Positions 36,022 to 46,700 of a stretch of 64,000 bases of DNA are shown in pieces. The stretch's first letter is position 1. Each line of letters begins with the position of its first letter. The notes below the pieces were generated by a model. It saw nothing but the letters and a program-made list of their open reading frames with translations, did no database searches and was not told the DNA's origin. Source of the stretch: Candidatus Moraniibacteriota bacterium (GTDB lineage: Bacteria; Patescibacteriota; Minisyncoccia; Moranbacterales; GCA-2747515); the NCBI GenBank assembly GCA_046116545.1, contig CP175956.1, positions 705,734 to 769,733 of the forward strand. The letters run 5' to 3'. The position numbers and the translations under genes are program-made.

Positions 36022-37443
36022 CTAATCATTTTCTGGTTTATCTCCACAATAAAATTTCAAGTATGGAGAAAATTCTGAATAACTATCTAGTGTTGTACAA
36101 TCATCACAATAACTATAAGCATATTCTGTATAATAATATGTATCTTCATCAATGTGGAATGACACCTCAACATCATCACCATCATCATCCGGTTCTTCTT
36201 TTCCAGAATGTTCTTCATTACCATGTTTTTCATCTCCTACTAATATCCAATACGCACGTGCACTATCTACACCAGGATACTTTAAAGTCACTTTATATTC
36301 ATTGTCATCTCTATCTTCGCAAGACACAACAACTGGCTGGCTTGTTGGGTCATCCAAACTCATTTCAGTATTAATTGTCAAATCAATACCTTTATCTGGT
36401 GCTGTTGTATGTTCTTGATGTGATGTTGCTTTTTCTTCACCTTTTCGAAAAAGTTTAGCACGAACATCATATTCTACACCAGTCTTGGCATCTGTGTAAA
36501 CCCACTTTCTTTTACTTTCTGCTGGAAATGAATCAACTTCTGTAAACCCACCTGCACCGTCCTCTCGAACCTGCACAGAAACAGTGCTATCACTCTTATA
36601 ACTACCATTCAATGTCACTGTACCACTCAGAGGCGTTTTTGTTGGCTCTGTTATGGCACTTGATTCCAAAGAAAGTACGACATCATTCTGAGGAACAACT
36701 GCATCCACATTATTCGATGAACCTAAATAATTCCCATTTACGTCATACAATTCTGCTTGTACTTTATAATCAACTTTTGCCAAAGCATCATCCCATTCCC
36801 AATTATTTGTCGCAGCAGCAGGAAGTCCTACAAGTTGTTTTGTAAATTTATAACCATTTGCAACAACTTGTGAATCTGCATCTGACAAATCTTGCACAGG
36901 AGCTGTAAAAATTGTATAGGTCGACCCACTTGGAATATGTCCTGCAATATTCAATGAACCTGCAACAGTTTTATTTGCTGATGCATTCACACTATCTTCT
37001 GGTAACTCTTTCCAAGTTACAGTAAGTACTAAATCAACATCACTTGCTGGAGCAGTAACTGTTACTACATGTGATTCTGTTATCTCTTCTCCCTCTATAA
37101 CAAGGACTGCTTTTAGATCATATAATTTATTTGCATCAAGTTCATCTATCATCCAAGTTCCGCCATTTGTAAGTGACGGCGTTATAGCAGCATCTACTGA
37201 CTCAAATACTGCTCCAGTATTATGCTCACGAATCTTAAAATCTATTGAACCCTCATCTCCTTGTTCTGGCTTTAATGAGTTAAATGATATATCACCACTT
37301 ATTCTAACAGACCCTTGATCAATGTCTTCTTCATTATCAGTATTGGCTTTATTACCAAAAATAAGCCAAGCAATGACAAACGTAATCACAATAGCTCCAA
37401 GTACCATCCACATGGATTTTTTTTGTTGTTCATCCATAAACAC
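36022..37443 (-). CDS. large surface/secreted protein with N-terminal TM anchor (hypothetical)
   Basis: 473 aa, Thr/Ser/Asp-rich beta-rich region, C-terminal acidic and Cys cluster. Confidence 0.5.
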   Translation of the reverse strand: MFMDEQQKKSMWMVLGAIVITFVIAWLIFGNKANTDNEEDIDQGSVRISGDISFNSLKPEQGDEGSIDFKIREHNTGAVFESVDAAITPSLTNGGTWMIDELDANKLYDLKAVLVIEGEEITESHVVTVTAPASDVDLVLTVTWKELPEDSVNASANKTVAGSLNIAGHIPSGSTYTIFTAPVQDLSDADSQVVANGYKFTKQLVGLPAAATNNWEWDDALAKVDYKVQAELYDVNGNYLGSSNNVDAVVPQNDVVLSLESSAITEPTKTPLSGTVTLNGSYKSDSTVSVQVREDGAGGFTEVDSFPAESKRKWVYTDAKTGVEYDVRAKLFRKGEEKATSHQEHTTAPDKGIDLTINTEMSLDDPTSQPVVVSCEDRDDNEYKVTLKYPGVDSARAYWILVGDEKHGNEEHSGKEEPDDDGDDVEVSFHIDEDTYYYTEYAYSYCDDCTTLDSYSEFSPYLKFYCGDKPEND

Positions 37444-37559
37444 AAGTATATTATTAAATTAATCTCATTTCATATTAACATTAATCAAAAATTACGCAAT
37501 AAAAAATATTACAATATATACCCCGTTCGAATCCTATTGACCCAACTCGATTTTTGCAA

Positions 37560-37607
37560 AATAAAAGAGCTTTATATTAAATAATAAAGCTCTTTTATGA
37601 TTTTTTA
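37560..37607 (-). terminator. intrinsic terminator
   Basis: aaagagctttat-attaaat-aataaagctcttt then a T-run. Confidence 0.55.
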
Positions 37608-37629
37608 CAACTAAACTATAATTGTATAA

Positions 37630-38166
37630 TTATTTTACAGCATTTGTTGTAGCTGTAGCATCTGTAGTAGTATCAGTTCCACACTGAGTCTCAAGTTCAG
37701 TGATTTCTGCATTTACTAAAGTAACTTGTTCTTGAGTTTCTGTTAATTCTGTATTTTTACCTTCCATAAATACATCTACTTTGTCACTACATTCAGGCAC
37801 TGAAAGTCCTGGATTCAAATTTCTGCATGTTTCAATTGCAAAATCTGGACTTTGTTCTACTTTACCTTCTAAATTCTCTAGAGCTGCTACGTGAGCATCT
37901 AGTAACACCAATTGAGTTTTCTTTAACTCTAATTGTTGTGCACAACTTTGTTCTTCCAATTTTTCAGCCTCTTCAACCATCATTTCTGCTCCTTTTTCCA
38001 AATCTGCTTTTGCTTCATCTATTTCTACCTGTTGAGTTGCTAATTCATCTTGCAACCCTGCAATTTCTTTTTCTACATCAGCCTGTGATGTATCACTTTC
38101 TCCACAACCAGTTAATGCCACTATTGCGAACATAGCAACTGATAAAATTACGATCTTTTTATTCAT
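37630..38166 (-). CDS. coiled-coil lipoprotein (hypothetical)
   Basis: Lipobox LTGCG; Glu/Leu/Gln-rich heptads. Confidence 0.55.
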   Translation of the reverse strand: MNKKIVILSVAMFAIVALTGCGESDTSQADVEKEIAGLQDELATQQVEIDEAKADLEKGAEMMVEEAEKLEEQSCAQQLELKKTQLVLLDAHVAALENLEGKVEQSPDFAIETCRNLNPGLSVPECSDKVDVFMEGKNTELTETQEQVTLVNAEITELETQCGTDTTTDATATTNAVK

Positions 38167-38463
38167 AGTTATTTTTTATTAATGATTAACTATTTATATC
38201 TAGATTATACAAAACTTTATTTTTTTATGCAATATTAAAACCAAAGATTCCTGCCAAAATAATTATTAATATATCACATCTTAATTTTGCTCACCAATCA
38301 TATTGCCAAAACCTATTTTCTGTGTTATGATACATCGTTATGTTATTATAAATTTACATTGTTAAATCCAAGCTGAAAAATGTCTAGATATGAGATAGAT
38401 AATGTATAATGAAAATAACTATTATTTAGTAAGTAATCTTGATCTACTTATAGTCTCCCCTAA

Positions 38464-38495
38464 GGTCTAACCTAGGGTCGACCCTAGGTTAGACC
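38464..38495. repeat. perfect 32-bp palindrome GGTCTAACCTAGGGTCGACCCTAGGTTAGACC ending 10 nt before the 38506 ATG
   Basis: The sequence equals its own reverse complement; central GTCGAC flanked by CCTAGG. It sits at the minus-to-plus strand-switch region. Confidence 0.75.
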
Positions 38496-38505
38496 TTTAT
38501 ATAAA

Positions 38506-39771
38506 ATGAAAAAAATATCTGAAAAATATGATGTAGTTGTAATAGGTGGCGGACCATCTGGCATGATGTGTGCTGGACGAGCTGCTGAGCTTGGTGCACG
38601 TGTTTTATTGTTGGAAAAAAATGCATCTCTTGGCAATAAGCTTATGCTTACAGGTGGTGGCCGATGTAATATTACTAATGCTGATTTTAATACTGATTCA
38701 TTTTTGAATAACTTTGGTGATGCTAAAAAATATCTCTTTTCCCCATTCTCACAATTTTCTGTTGAAGATACTTTTGACTTTTTCCAACAACGTAACCTTC
38801 CACTAGTAACAGAGGCTAGAAATCGTGTTTTTCCAGAAACACAAAATGTACAGGATGTATTTAATGTTCTAACACAATACATGAAAGATGGCAGTGTAAC
38901 CGTAAAAACTAATACGCAGGTTTTATCACTAGAACGTGATGATAAAAAAATATTGCTAGTAACTGATACGGACCATAATAAATATGAAGCTAATAGCTTT
39001 GTAATTGCAACTGGCGGGCTTGCTGCTCCAGAAACAGGTGCTACTGGTGCTGGGCTTAACTTTTTAGAAAAGATGGGTCATAAAGTTCATGCTTCCAATC
39101 CAAATTTAGTACCACTACGAACAAGTGCTAAGTGGGTTAAAAACCTTTCGGGAATCACATGGTCTTTCATGAAAATACGATTCGTACAAGATGACAAAAC
39201 TCAAGTTCGCAAAACTGGTAAAATTCTCTTTACTCACTTTGGTGTTTCTGGACCACTTATCATAAATTCAGCTAGTGAAGTTAAAGAACTGTTGAAAAAA
39301 GGACCTGTCACAGCAGTTATTGATCTATTTCCTGACACTGATGAAAAAGTTCTCGATAAACGAATCATCAAATTATTTGAAAAAAATCAAGATAAAAAAT
39401 TGAAAAATCTTTTACCTGAAATGATTTTTAAAAGTATTGCCCTTGAGATACTGGCTATGCCCCATTTAAAGCTAAGTTATACCGAAGCAAAATTCATAAC
39501 AAAAGAGAAAAGAAAAGCTCTTGTACACACATTAAAAAATCTCACATTTCCTATTACAGGTACTTGTGGGATGGACAAAGCGATTGTTGCTGATGGTGGT
39601 ATAGAGTTATCAGAAGTTGATTTCAAAAATATGACTTCACGTAAATATTCGAATCTTTATCTAACTGGTGATATACTAAATATAAATAGACCTTCTGGCG
39701 GTTTTTCACTACAACTATGTTGGACAACTGGATTTGTAGCAGGAACCGATATTGGAAATAAAACAAAATAA
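38506..39771 (+). CDS. HI0933-like FAD-dependent oxidoreductase (aminoacetone-oxidase family flavoprotein)
   Basis: N-terminal VVVIGGGPSGMMCAGRAAELGARVLLLEKN dinucleotide-binding motif; GGGRCNITN typical of the HI0933 family. Confidence 0.8.
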   Translation: MKKISEKYDVVVIGGGPSGMMCAGRAAELGARVLLLEKNASLGNKLMLTGGGRCNITNADFNTDSFLNNFGDAKKYLFSPFSQFSVEDTFDFFQQRNLPLVTEARNRVFPETQNVQDVFNVLTQYMKDGSVTVKTNTQVLSLERDDKKILLVTDTDHNKYEANSFVIATGGLAAPETGATGAGLNFLEKMGHKVHASNPNLVPLRTSAKWVKNLSGITWSFMKIRFVQDDKTQVRKTGKILFTHFGVSGPLIINSASEVKELLKKGPVTAVIDLFPDTDEKVLDKRIIKLFEKNQDKKLKNLLPEMIFKSIALEILAMPHLKLSYTEAKFITKEKRKALVHTLKNLTFPITGTCGMDKAIVADGGIELSEVDFKNMTSRKYSNLYLTGDILNINRPSGGFSLQLCWTTGFVAGTDIGNKTK

Positions 39772-39789
39772 ACTTCATCTCATTACATT

Positions 39790-41016
39790 ATGAACGAGCT
39801 ACTAAAAGAAACTCAATCACACATCAAAGAAACTTTACAGCTGACCAGTAAAAGTCTTTACAAAACCATTGAGTTTCAATTGCTTTTTAAGATTTTTTAC
39901 ATAAGTATTTTTATATTTATTATCAATTTTTTAATTGGTACTTTTTTAGATGTTATTGATTTACTCATTACAAAAATGCGACTTGGAGAAGCATTGAAAG
40001 ACATTCCCATTATTTCTCTTTTTGATTTTAATATTATTTTTGTATTATTAACTTCCCTTTTTATAATTATATATATCTACCTACTTGAAAAAAATGGTGT
40101 AATTATAATTACTAGCAATTATTATAGAAATAATTTTATATCTTTTTTCAAAACATTATTATTATCAATTAGAAAAACTCCCCGCTTCATATTTAGAAGA
40201 TTGTATGAAATGCGAATTATTATACTTATATATGTACTAATGTATATATTATGGAAAATTCTTGAACTTTTTTCATTGCCTGAACTTATAATGACAACTC
40301 TATCAATATTTTTAGTTTTATATGGCGCAGGTATATTTTTTGCAGTTTTATTTAGATATACATTTACAGCTTACACAACATGTCTAGAACCAGATGAATC
40401 TTACCAAGAATTCAATGAAAAAATGCCCTATAAATTCCTAAGAAAAAGAACGTATGCAACATCTATCTTTTATATTACATTTTTTATAGGAGCACTCTTA
40501 TGGCTCTTTATATTTTATGGCATAACCCAAGTATTACTACATCTTGTTTACTCTTACCCCGAAGCAATTTCTATTGCATTTGCATTTTTCATAGCATTCA
40601 CGATTATGAGTGTACTGATAATGCTTTCAATGTTCAAAACATTAAAAGTCTCTCTTATGACAATTCTATATTATGAAGAGAGAAAACGACAAAACAAACA
40701 CATTGAAATGAAACATGCTCAAAAACAACCGCTTCTATCAAAAAATATTTACATGGCACTTATAACAATTTTAGTAATAGCACTTTTTGGAGGAGTCTTT
40801 ATTACAACAACTATAAAAACAAAGACTGATTTAATAATAACTAATGCACAAGCTTACATAGAAGAAGTACGAGAAAATAATACATTACATGAGATAGATA
40901 TTGAAAATATAAATTTACAGTATATACTAAAAGAATCAATATCTAATGATACATCAACATTGGAAACTATTGAGAGGGTGATTTTTACATTCTTAGCATA
41001 TATTATTATTAAATAA
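39790..41016 (+). CDS. polytopic membrane protein (hypothetical)
   Basis: 408 aa, about 9 TM helices, very Ile/Phe/Leu-rich. Confidence 0.5.
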   Translation: MNELLKETQSHIKETLQLTSKSLYKTIEFQLLFKIFYISIFIFIINFLIGTFLDVIDLLITKMRLGEALKDIPIISLFDFNIIFVLLTSLFIIIYIYLLEKNGVIIITSNYYRNNFISFFKTLLLSIRKTPRFIFRRLYEMRIIILIYVLMYILWKILELFSLPELIMTTLSIFLVLYGAGIFFAVLFRYTFTAYTTCLEPDESYQEFNEKMPYKFLRKRTYATSIFYITFFIGALLWLFIFYGITQVLLHLVYSYPEAISIAFAFFIAFTIMSVLIMLSMFKTLKVSLMTILYYEERKRQNKHIEMKHAQKQPLLSKNIYMALITILVIALFGGVFITTTIKTKTDLIITNAQAYIEEVRENNTLHEIDIENINLQYILKESISNDTSTLETIERVIFTFLAYIIIK

Positions 41017-41022
41017 ATTTCT

Positions 41023-42501
41023 ATGGAACCAGAAGTAACAATGATAGAGAGTGGACTTGTTCTTTTAGGGACAATAGTATTTTATGTATACTGGGTCATC
41101 GCACTTTTTGTAATACTTATGGATGAAGATCGTGAATCAACAAGTGTTGTCTCTTGGTTATTGATAATTTTTATATTTCCAATATTTGGTTTTGTTCTAT
41201 ATCTTTTATTTGGCTACAATCACAGACATAAAAAAATGATAGAAACGAAACAACCTCCTGAGAGTAAAACTGTGATGACTTACAATAATCTAGTGGAACG
41301 TTTTCAAAAGAAAGCCTCCTCACTTAAAACTGTACCAGATGAGGCATCTCTGAAATTAGCGACACTTGTAAAAAGTAGTTGTGACTCAATAGTGACAACA
41401 CATAACACATTAAAGATTTTAAACTCTGGACAAGAAAAATTTGATTATCTCTTAAAAGATTTAAGAAAAGCAAAAAGTTTTATCCATATGGATTACTTCA
41501 TATGGAGGGATGACAAATTAACAAAAGAAGTAAAAGATATTTTAATTGAAAGAGCAACAGATGGTGTTGAAGTTCGTATAATAATGGACTCACTTGGCGC
41601 GTTAAGACTACGTCGCAAATATATTAAAGAACTGAAAACACATGGAATCAAAGTCCATTTATTTTATAATATATTTTCCCCTTCAAAAATACTTTTTTTC
41701 AATCATCGCTCCCATAGAAAAATTGTAGTTATAGATGGAATCATCGGATACACTGGAGGTATGAATATGGGCCAAGAATATATTGATGGAAAACCCATGT
41801 ATACAAGCTGGCGAGATACGCATTTACGATTAACTGGAGAATCTGTACTACTTTTACAAAAAATCTTTATAGAAAACTGGTATGACATGTCCCGAGAAAA
41901 CTTATACCATACACGTTATTTTCCATATGCTACTGAAAACTTACCTGAACAAGAATTACCTATACAAATAGTTCACTCAGGTCCAGACAGTACATGGCCA
42001 TCTATCCAAAAAATGTATTTTTCTATGATAAACTCTGCGACAAAATATGTTTATATTCAATCCCCTTATTTTGTACCAGACAAAAGCATTATTTCTGCTA
42101 TCTCTACAGCTGCTCTAAGCGGTATTGATGTACGAATAATAGTAACGGGAGTGCCAGACAAAAAAATACCCTATTGGACTGCTTTCACTTACTTTAGAGA
42201 TATTTTACAAGCTGGTGGTAAAATCTATCATTACAATGCGGGTTTTATGCATTCAAAAAGTATAGTCATTGATGACAAAATTGGCTCAATTGGAACAACT
42301 AACATGGATATCAGAAGCTTCAAGTTAAACTATGAAGTTAACACTTTATTTTATGATGAACACAAGACTCACGAAATGAAAAATATATTCAAAGCTGATT
42401 TAAAAAATTGTACAGAATTCACATTAAAAGATTATGAAAATATTAGTAGACTAAAACAAGTGCGAAATTCAATGGCAAGACTTGCATCTCCATTGCTTTA
42501 G
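41023..42501 (+). CDS. cls: cardiolipin synthase (PLD superfamily, two HKD motifs)
   Basis: Two N-terminal TMs; HRKIVVIDGIIGYTGGMN and HSKSIVIDDKIGSIGTTNMD HKD motifs. Confidence 0.85.
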   Translation: MEPEVTMIESGLVLLGTIVFYVYWVIALFVILMDEDRESTSVVSWLLIIFIFPIFGFVLYLLFGYNHRHKKMIETKQPPESKTVMTYNNLVERFQKKASSLKTVPDEASLKLATLVKSSCDSIVTTHNTLKILNSGQEKFDYLLKDLRKAKSFIHMDYFIWRDDKLTKEVKDILIERATDGVEVRIIMDSLGALRLRRKYIKELKTHGIKVHLFYNIFSPSKILFFNHRSHRKIVVIDGIIGYTGGMNMGQEYIDGKPMYTSWRDTHLRLTGESVLLLQKIFIENWYDMSRENLYHTRYFPYATENLPEQELPIQIVHSGPDSTWPSIQKMYFSMINSATKYVYIQSPYFVPDKSIISAISTAALSGIDVRIIVTGVPDKKIPYWTAFTYFRDILQAGGKIYHYNAGFMHSKSIVIDDKIGSIGTTNMDIRSFKLNYEVNTLFYDEHKTHEMKNIFKADLKNCTEFTLKDYENISRLKQVRNSMARLASPLL

Positions 42502-42514
42502 ATATATATTTCCA

Positions 42515-42556
42515 CAAAAAAAGCTACCATACTTTAAAGTATGGTAGCTTTTTTAA
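42515..42556. terminator. bidirectional terminator (17-bp stem)
   Basis: aaaagctaccatactttaaagtatggtagctttt. Confidence 0.65.
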
Positions 42557-42560
42557 AATC

Positions 42561-43475
42561 TTATTTTTCTTCCCAAGGTCTTATGCATTCTTGTTTTTCT
42601 TCACTCCAACTATACCCAGCTGAACCGATACAACCATGTTCATCTTTATCATTCCCCACCATTTGTTCTTCTGGTGTAATTTCTTGCACCGTTGTCTCAA
42701 GAGGAGTTACATCCATCAAAACAAAGTCTGTTGTACCTATGCCTTTTGTTGAATATTGCTTTGTGATTTCTATAGTTGGCTTTGCACTCATCGGTTCATC
42801 ATCTTCACGAACAAGGTATGTCACATGAATCATGCGTCCATCAACTTTAAGTTCTTTAATTACAATACGATCACCCAACAAATATGTCCCATCAGCTGCA
42901 AGATATGTTCCATCTGGTTGCTGAATGATTGCACCCACATAATAAAATGTACCACTTCCTCCAGGATCTTGCGTAAGTACAACAGCGCCATCAAGCGTTG
43001 CACCTGTCCCCTGTTGCAAATCACCTTCTGCCATAAAATCAGTTGTCTGTGTAACAATTTTTGTTGCAGAACCTGGAGCAGCCTCTTCTTCAGATTTTCC
43101 ATCTACTAGTGTAACTTCTTCAATTTCTATTCTATATGTTGCATTTTTAATACCAACTTCAACCTCATCAGACACTGATTCTATTTCAGTTGGCGCATCA
43201 CTGCTACCATCTTCATATTCTGCACAGTATGGCTCTTGTGTTTGTGCACATGCCATCATAGTGCACGCCATTGGACCATCTGGATTTGCTCCAACACTAC
43301 ACATATTACACCCATCAAACCATGATATACAACCTTCTGGTGGAGTTGCTCTGTCATTTGTAGGATTTTCAACATCGACATCCTTTGGAGGTTCGACTTG
43401 TTCTGACGTATTACTTCCACATCCCGCCAAGAATATAATGACTGCAAACACAGGTATAATTATTTTTTTATTCAT
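42561..43475 (-). CDS. lipoprotein with N-terminal Cys-rich WFDGCNMC module
   Basis: Lipobox LAGCG; CISWFDGCNMCSVG...PMACTMMAC, paralogous to the module in the 35173 gene; C-terminal CIGSAGYSW...C. Confidence 0.55.
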   Translation of the reverse strand: MNKKIIIPVFAVIIFLAGCGSNTSEQVEPPKDVDVENPTNDRATPPEGCISWFDGCNMCSVGANPDGPMACTMMACAQTQEPYCAEYEDGSSDAPTEIESVSDEVEVGIKNATYRIEIEEVTLVDGKSEEEAAPGSATKIVTQTTDFMAEGDLQQGTGATLDGAVVLTQDPGGSGTFYYVGAIIQQPDGTYLAADGTYLLGDRIVIKELKVDGRMIHVTYLVREDDEPMSAKPTIEITKQYSTKGIGTTDFVLMDVTPLETTVQEITPEEQMVGNDKDEHGCIGSAGYSWSEEKQECIRPWEEK

Positions 43476-43573
43476 ATATTTTACTTATTTATTTGATAAT
43501 ATTTTAAGTATACAATATTTACAAAACAATACAATAATGTTAAATTTTATCTATAAAACGTTACTAATTTATT

Positions 43574-45175
43574 ATGAAAATACCTCAAAAATGGAATGTG
43601 TTAATCATTCTTTCTCTTGCTATGTTCATTGTTGTTATTGATACAACAATTATGAATGTTGCCATTAACGCTCTTGTCGAAGACTTAAATACAACTATAA
43701 CAGGAGTACAAACAGCCGTAACTCTATATGCACTTGTAATGGCATCTCTTTTTATTACTGGTAGCAAAATTGGTGATATAATTGGACGTAAAAAAGCATT
43801 TATCATTGGTTTACTGATTTATGGAGTTGGTACAACAATGACTGCATTTTCACAAAATCTGGGTATGTTAATGTTTGGTTGGTCAATCCTTGAAGGTATA
43901 GGCGCTGCACTAATGCTTCCAATTCTCCAAACACTTCTTCGTGGAAATTATTCAAAAAAAGATTTACCACTTTGTTACGGTGTTATAGGTGGTGTTGCTG
44001 CTGTAGGCGCTGCACTTGGACCAATTGTTGGTGGATATTTAACAACCTATCACAGTTGGCGTTGGGCATTTATAGGCGAATTAATTATTGTTATTATTGT
44101 ATTAGCATTTATTAAAATAATTAAAGACGTTGCTTATGAGTCTCCAATAAAACCTAAATTGGACCTAGTTGGAGTTTTTCTTTCAATTGTTGGTCTTTCT
44201 TCTATAATCTATGGAATTATACAGGCACAAACATATGGATTTTGGATGGCACAACAACCATTTATGATCAATGGACAAGAGTTTGCACCATTTGGGCTTT
44301 CTATCACACCAATTCTAATATTCTTTGGAATTACTGTTCTTGCGATTTTTGGATGGTGGCAATTACGACGAGAAAAAAACAATAAAGCACCACTTATTCG
44401 AATGTCCATGTTCAAAACTTCTGGACTAAAACCAGGTCTCACAATTGCTTTTATACAATCATTTGCACAAATGAGTGTTTTATTTACTTTACCGCTTTTA
44501 TTACAAATTAGTTTTAGTTTTGATGCTTTTGAAACAGGTGTCATCATGTTACCTCTTTCAATTGGATTACTGATTGCTTCTCTATTTGGTGCAAAACTAG
44601 CACAAACAATGTATCCTCGTACAATTATTTTAATTGGTATTTCTCTTATGGTTGTTGGAACATTTGTACTTCTTCACAATATTACGGAGTCATTAGATAC
44701 AACCAAGTTATGGCCAGGCCTTCTAATTATTGGTTCAGCAATGGGACTTGTTGTATCACAAATTATCAATGTTATCCTTTCACTTGTTAAACCAAATGAA
44801 ACAGGAGAAGCAGCATCTCTCATTACAACATTTCAACAACTTGGAACATCCCTTGGAACTGCAATAGCTGGTACTATTTTAATGATATCACTATCTGCAT
44901 CTGTTGCTTTACAAGTTAATGGCAATGAAATATTCACAGAAGAACAACAAGCTACTGTTATAACTGCAACAGAACAAGGAATTGAATTTGTTAGCAATGA
45001 CTACGTAGAAAACGCCTTACAAGATCAACCAGAAAATATTACAAATGAAATAATTAGCATCAATGAAACAGCACGTATTCATGCAATTAAAATGACTCTA
45101 TTTGCGATTGCAATTATTACAACTTTTGGAGTTATTGCAACACTATATCTACCAAGAAAAAAACTTTTCACTTAG
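43574..45175 (+). CDS. MFS transporter, DHA2 (14-TM EmrB/QacA-like) family
   Basis: 533 aa, 14 predicted TM helices, MFS motif A (GDIIGRKK). Confidence 0.75.
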   Translation: MKIPQKWNVLIILSLAMFIVVIDTTIMNVAINALVEDLNTTITGVQTAVTLYALVMASLFITGSKIGDIIGRKKAFIIGLLIYGVGTTMTAFSQNLGMLMFGWSILEGIGAALMLPILQTLLRGNYSKKDLPLCYGVIGGVAAVGAALGPIVGGYLTTYHSWRWAFIGELIIVIIVLAFIKIIKDVAYESPIKPKLDLVGVFLSIVGLSSIIYGIIQAQTYGFWMAQQPFMINGQEFAPFGLSITPILIFFGITVLAIFGWWQLRREKNNKAPLIRMSMFKTSGLKPGLTIAFIQSFAQMSVLFTLPLLLQISFSFDAFETGVIMLPLSIGLLIASLFGAKLAQTMYPRTIILIGISLMVVGTFVLLHNITESLDTTKLWPGLLIIGSAMGLVVSQIINVILSLVKPNETGEAASLITTFQQLGTSLGTAIAGTILMISLSASVALQVNGNEIFTEEQQATVITATEQGIEFVSNDYVENALQDQPENITNEIISINETARIHAIKMTLFAIAIITTFGVIATLYLPRKKLFT

Positions 45176-45213
45176 TGAAAAATTAAATATTATCAATCTT
45201 ACATTCTTTATAT

Positions 45214-46632
45214 ATGTATACAAAAATAAAACAAGTTTATATACTTCCTGCAATAATTTTGATATTTATTTCATTCTCTCCTTCAATTGCATCTGCAGAC
45301 TCTGTAAAGCTTCTAGAAGATCCACATGAAGCTTGGCAAGCACGTATTGACCTCATTGAACAAGCACAAGACACAATTGAAGTTGAATACTATGCAATTG
45401 AACCAGATACCGCTGGAAAAATTTTCATAGGTTCACTTTATGAGGCCGCTAATCGTGGTGTAAAAGTGCGTATTTTAATAGGCGGTCTCACACATTCTAC
45501 TATTCCAGATGAAGCAATTGGTGTGCTAATACAACATCCCAACATAGAATTACGATTTCACAATACTTTGGAAAAATGGTATAAACCATCTCACTGGCTC
45601 AAAGCACTTCATGACAAAGTGTTACTTGTTGATGATAAATATTTAATTAGTGGTGGACGCAATATTGCAGATAAATATTTTGATATGACACCACCCGAGA
45701 AACAACAAACAATTGACCGAGATGTATTATTCGTTGGTGCTGAAAATTCTGATAATATCCCAATGCAAGTAAAAAAATATTTTAATAATTTGTGGATGAG
45801 TAGATACGTATCCCTCACACCAACCGAAAATCACATTACAAAACCTTGCAAAGGAACTCCCCGATTTTTATACAATGATTTTATCATATGTACTTATGAC
45901 AAATGGAAACTTTCAAACAAAATACCACAAACAAAAGAGGACTTACAAATATTTTTGAATCAATATAAACAAGAGCACCCTGAACAATTCGATACAAAAA
46001 CTAACTGGGCACAACAAACACAACCAGTTAACTCAATACGATTTGCACATGACCCAACAGATGTGCCAAAAACATACAAGAATGGAACTTCCCTAGCCCT
46101 AGCTACAGAACTACGTAACGCAAAAAAATCAATACTATACTTTACACCATACATAGTAAAAACAAGAAGTTTTTTGGAAACTGCCGAAATTGCAAAACAA
46201 AATGGCGTTAAACAAACAGTTCTTACTAATTCTGCTTACTCTGGTGCAAATGTTTTTGGTATGGCTGGCACAGAGCTAGATTATAAAGACTTTCATAGTA
46301 GTGGACTTGAATATTGGACATGGCAAGGATTCCACAGCATGCACCACAAAACATATATAATTGATAATCACATTACAATTTCTAGCACATTTAATTACGA
46401 CCCTAGAAGTCAAAATCTCAATACAGAAATGCTTTTTATAATTGATGATGCAGATTTCACAAAAATTGTACAAGAAGCAAATCAAGTACTTTTTGATAAC
46501 GCTCTACAATTAGATACCCAAGGTAACACAATTCCAAGAGATGATGTCACAGAAGAATCTACTACATTTATTGATAATATTATTATGTTTCTTGCAAAAA
46601 TACCCTTTCCAATTATTCGTTGGGCAATTTAA
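45214..46632 (+). CDS. secreted phospholipase D-like protein (two HKD motifs)
   Basis: Signal peptide; HDKVLLVDDKYLISGGRNI and HHKTYIIDNHITISSTFN. Confidence 0.7.
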   Translation: MYTKIKQVYILPAIILIFISFSPSIASADSVKLLEDPHEAWQARIDLIEQAQDTIEVEYYAIEPDTAGKIFIGSLYEAANRGVKVRILIGGLTHSTIPDEAIGVLIQHPNIELRFHNTLEKWYKPSHWLKALHDKVLLVDDKYLISGGRNIADKYFDMTPPEKQQTIDRDVLFVGAENSDNIPMQVKKYFNNLWMSRYVSLTPTENHITKPCKGTPRFLYNDFIICTYDKWKLSNKIPQTKEDLQIFLNQYKQEHPEQFDTKTNWAQQTQPVNSIRFAHDPTDVPKTYKNGTSLALATELRNAKKSILYFTPYIVKTRSFLETAEIAKQNGVKQTVLTNSAYSGANVFGMAGTELDYKDFHSSGLEYWTWQGFHSMHHKTYIIDNHITISSTFNYDPRSQNLNTEMLFIIDDADFTKIVQEANQVLFDNALQLDTQGNTIPRDDVTEESTTFIDNIIMFLAKIPFPIIRWAI

Positions 46633-46651
46633 TATTAATACTACATATATA

Positions 46652-46688
46652 CAAAAAAACAACTGCCCTTAAGCAGTTGTTTTTTATC
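46652..46688. terminator. bidirectional terminator
   Basis: aaaaaaacaactgcccttaagcagttgttttttat. Confidence 0.65.
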
Positions 46689-46700
46689 AAAAGATATTCT

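Noticed and set aside
36009-36374. Plus-strand ORF containing an HHHHHH run, and neighbouring plus-strand ORFs 36152-36418 and 36612-36845
   Set aside because: They are antisense to the 473-aa surface protein gene. The His run arises from reverse-complemented Asp/Glu/Met codons (ATG/ATC/GTG repeats).
38484-38882. Minus-strand 132-aa ORF
   Set aside because: It is antisense to the well-supported HI0933-like flavoprotein gene, including its Rossmann motif region.
42756-44547. Assorted antisense ORFs (42756-43109, 42860-43102, 43256-43447, 43585-43806, 44209-44547)
   Set aside because: They lie inside the Cys-rich lipoprotein gene or the MFS transporter gene on the opposite strand, with no independent support.
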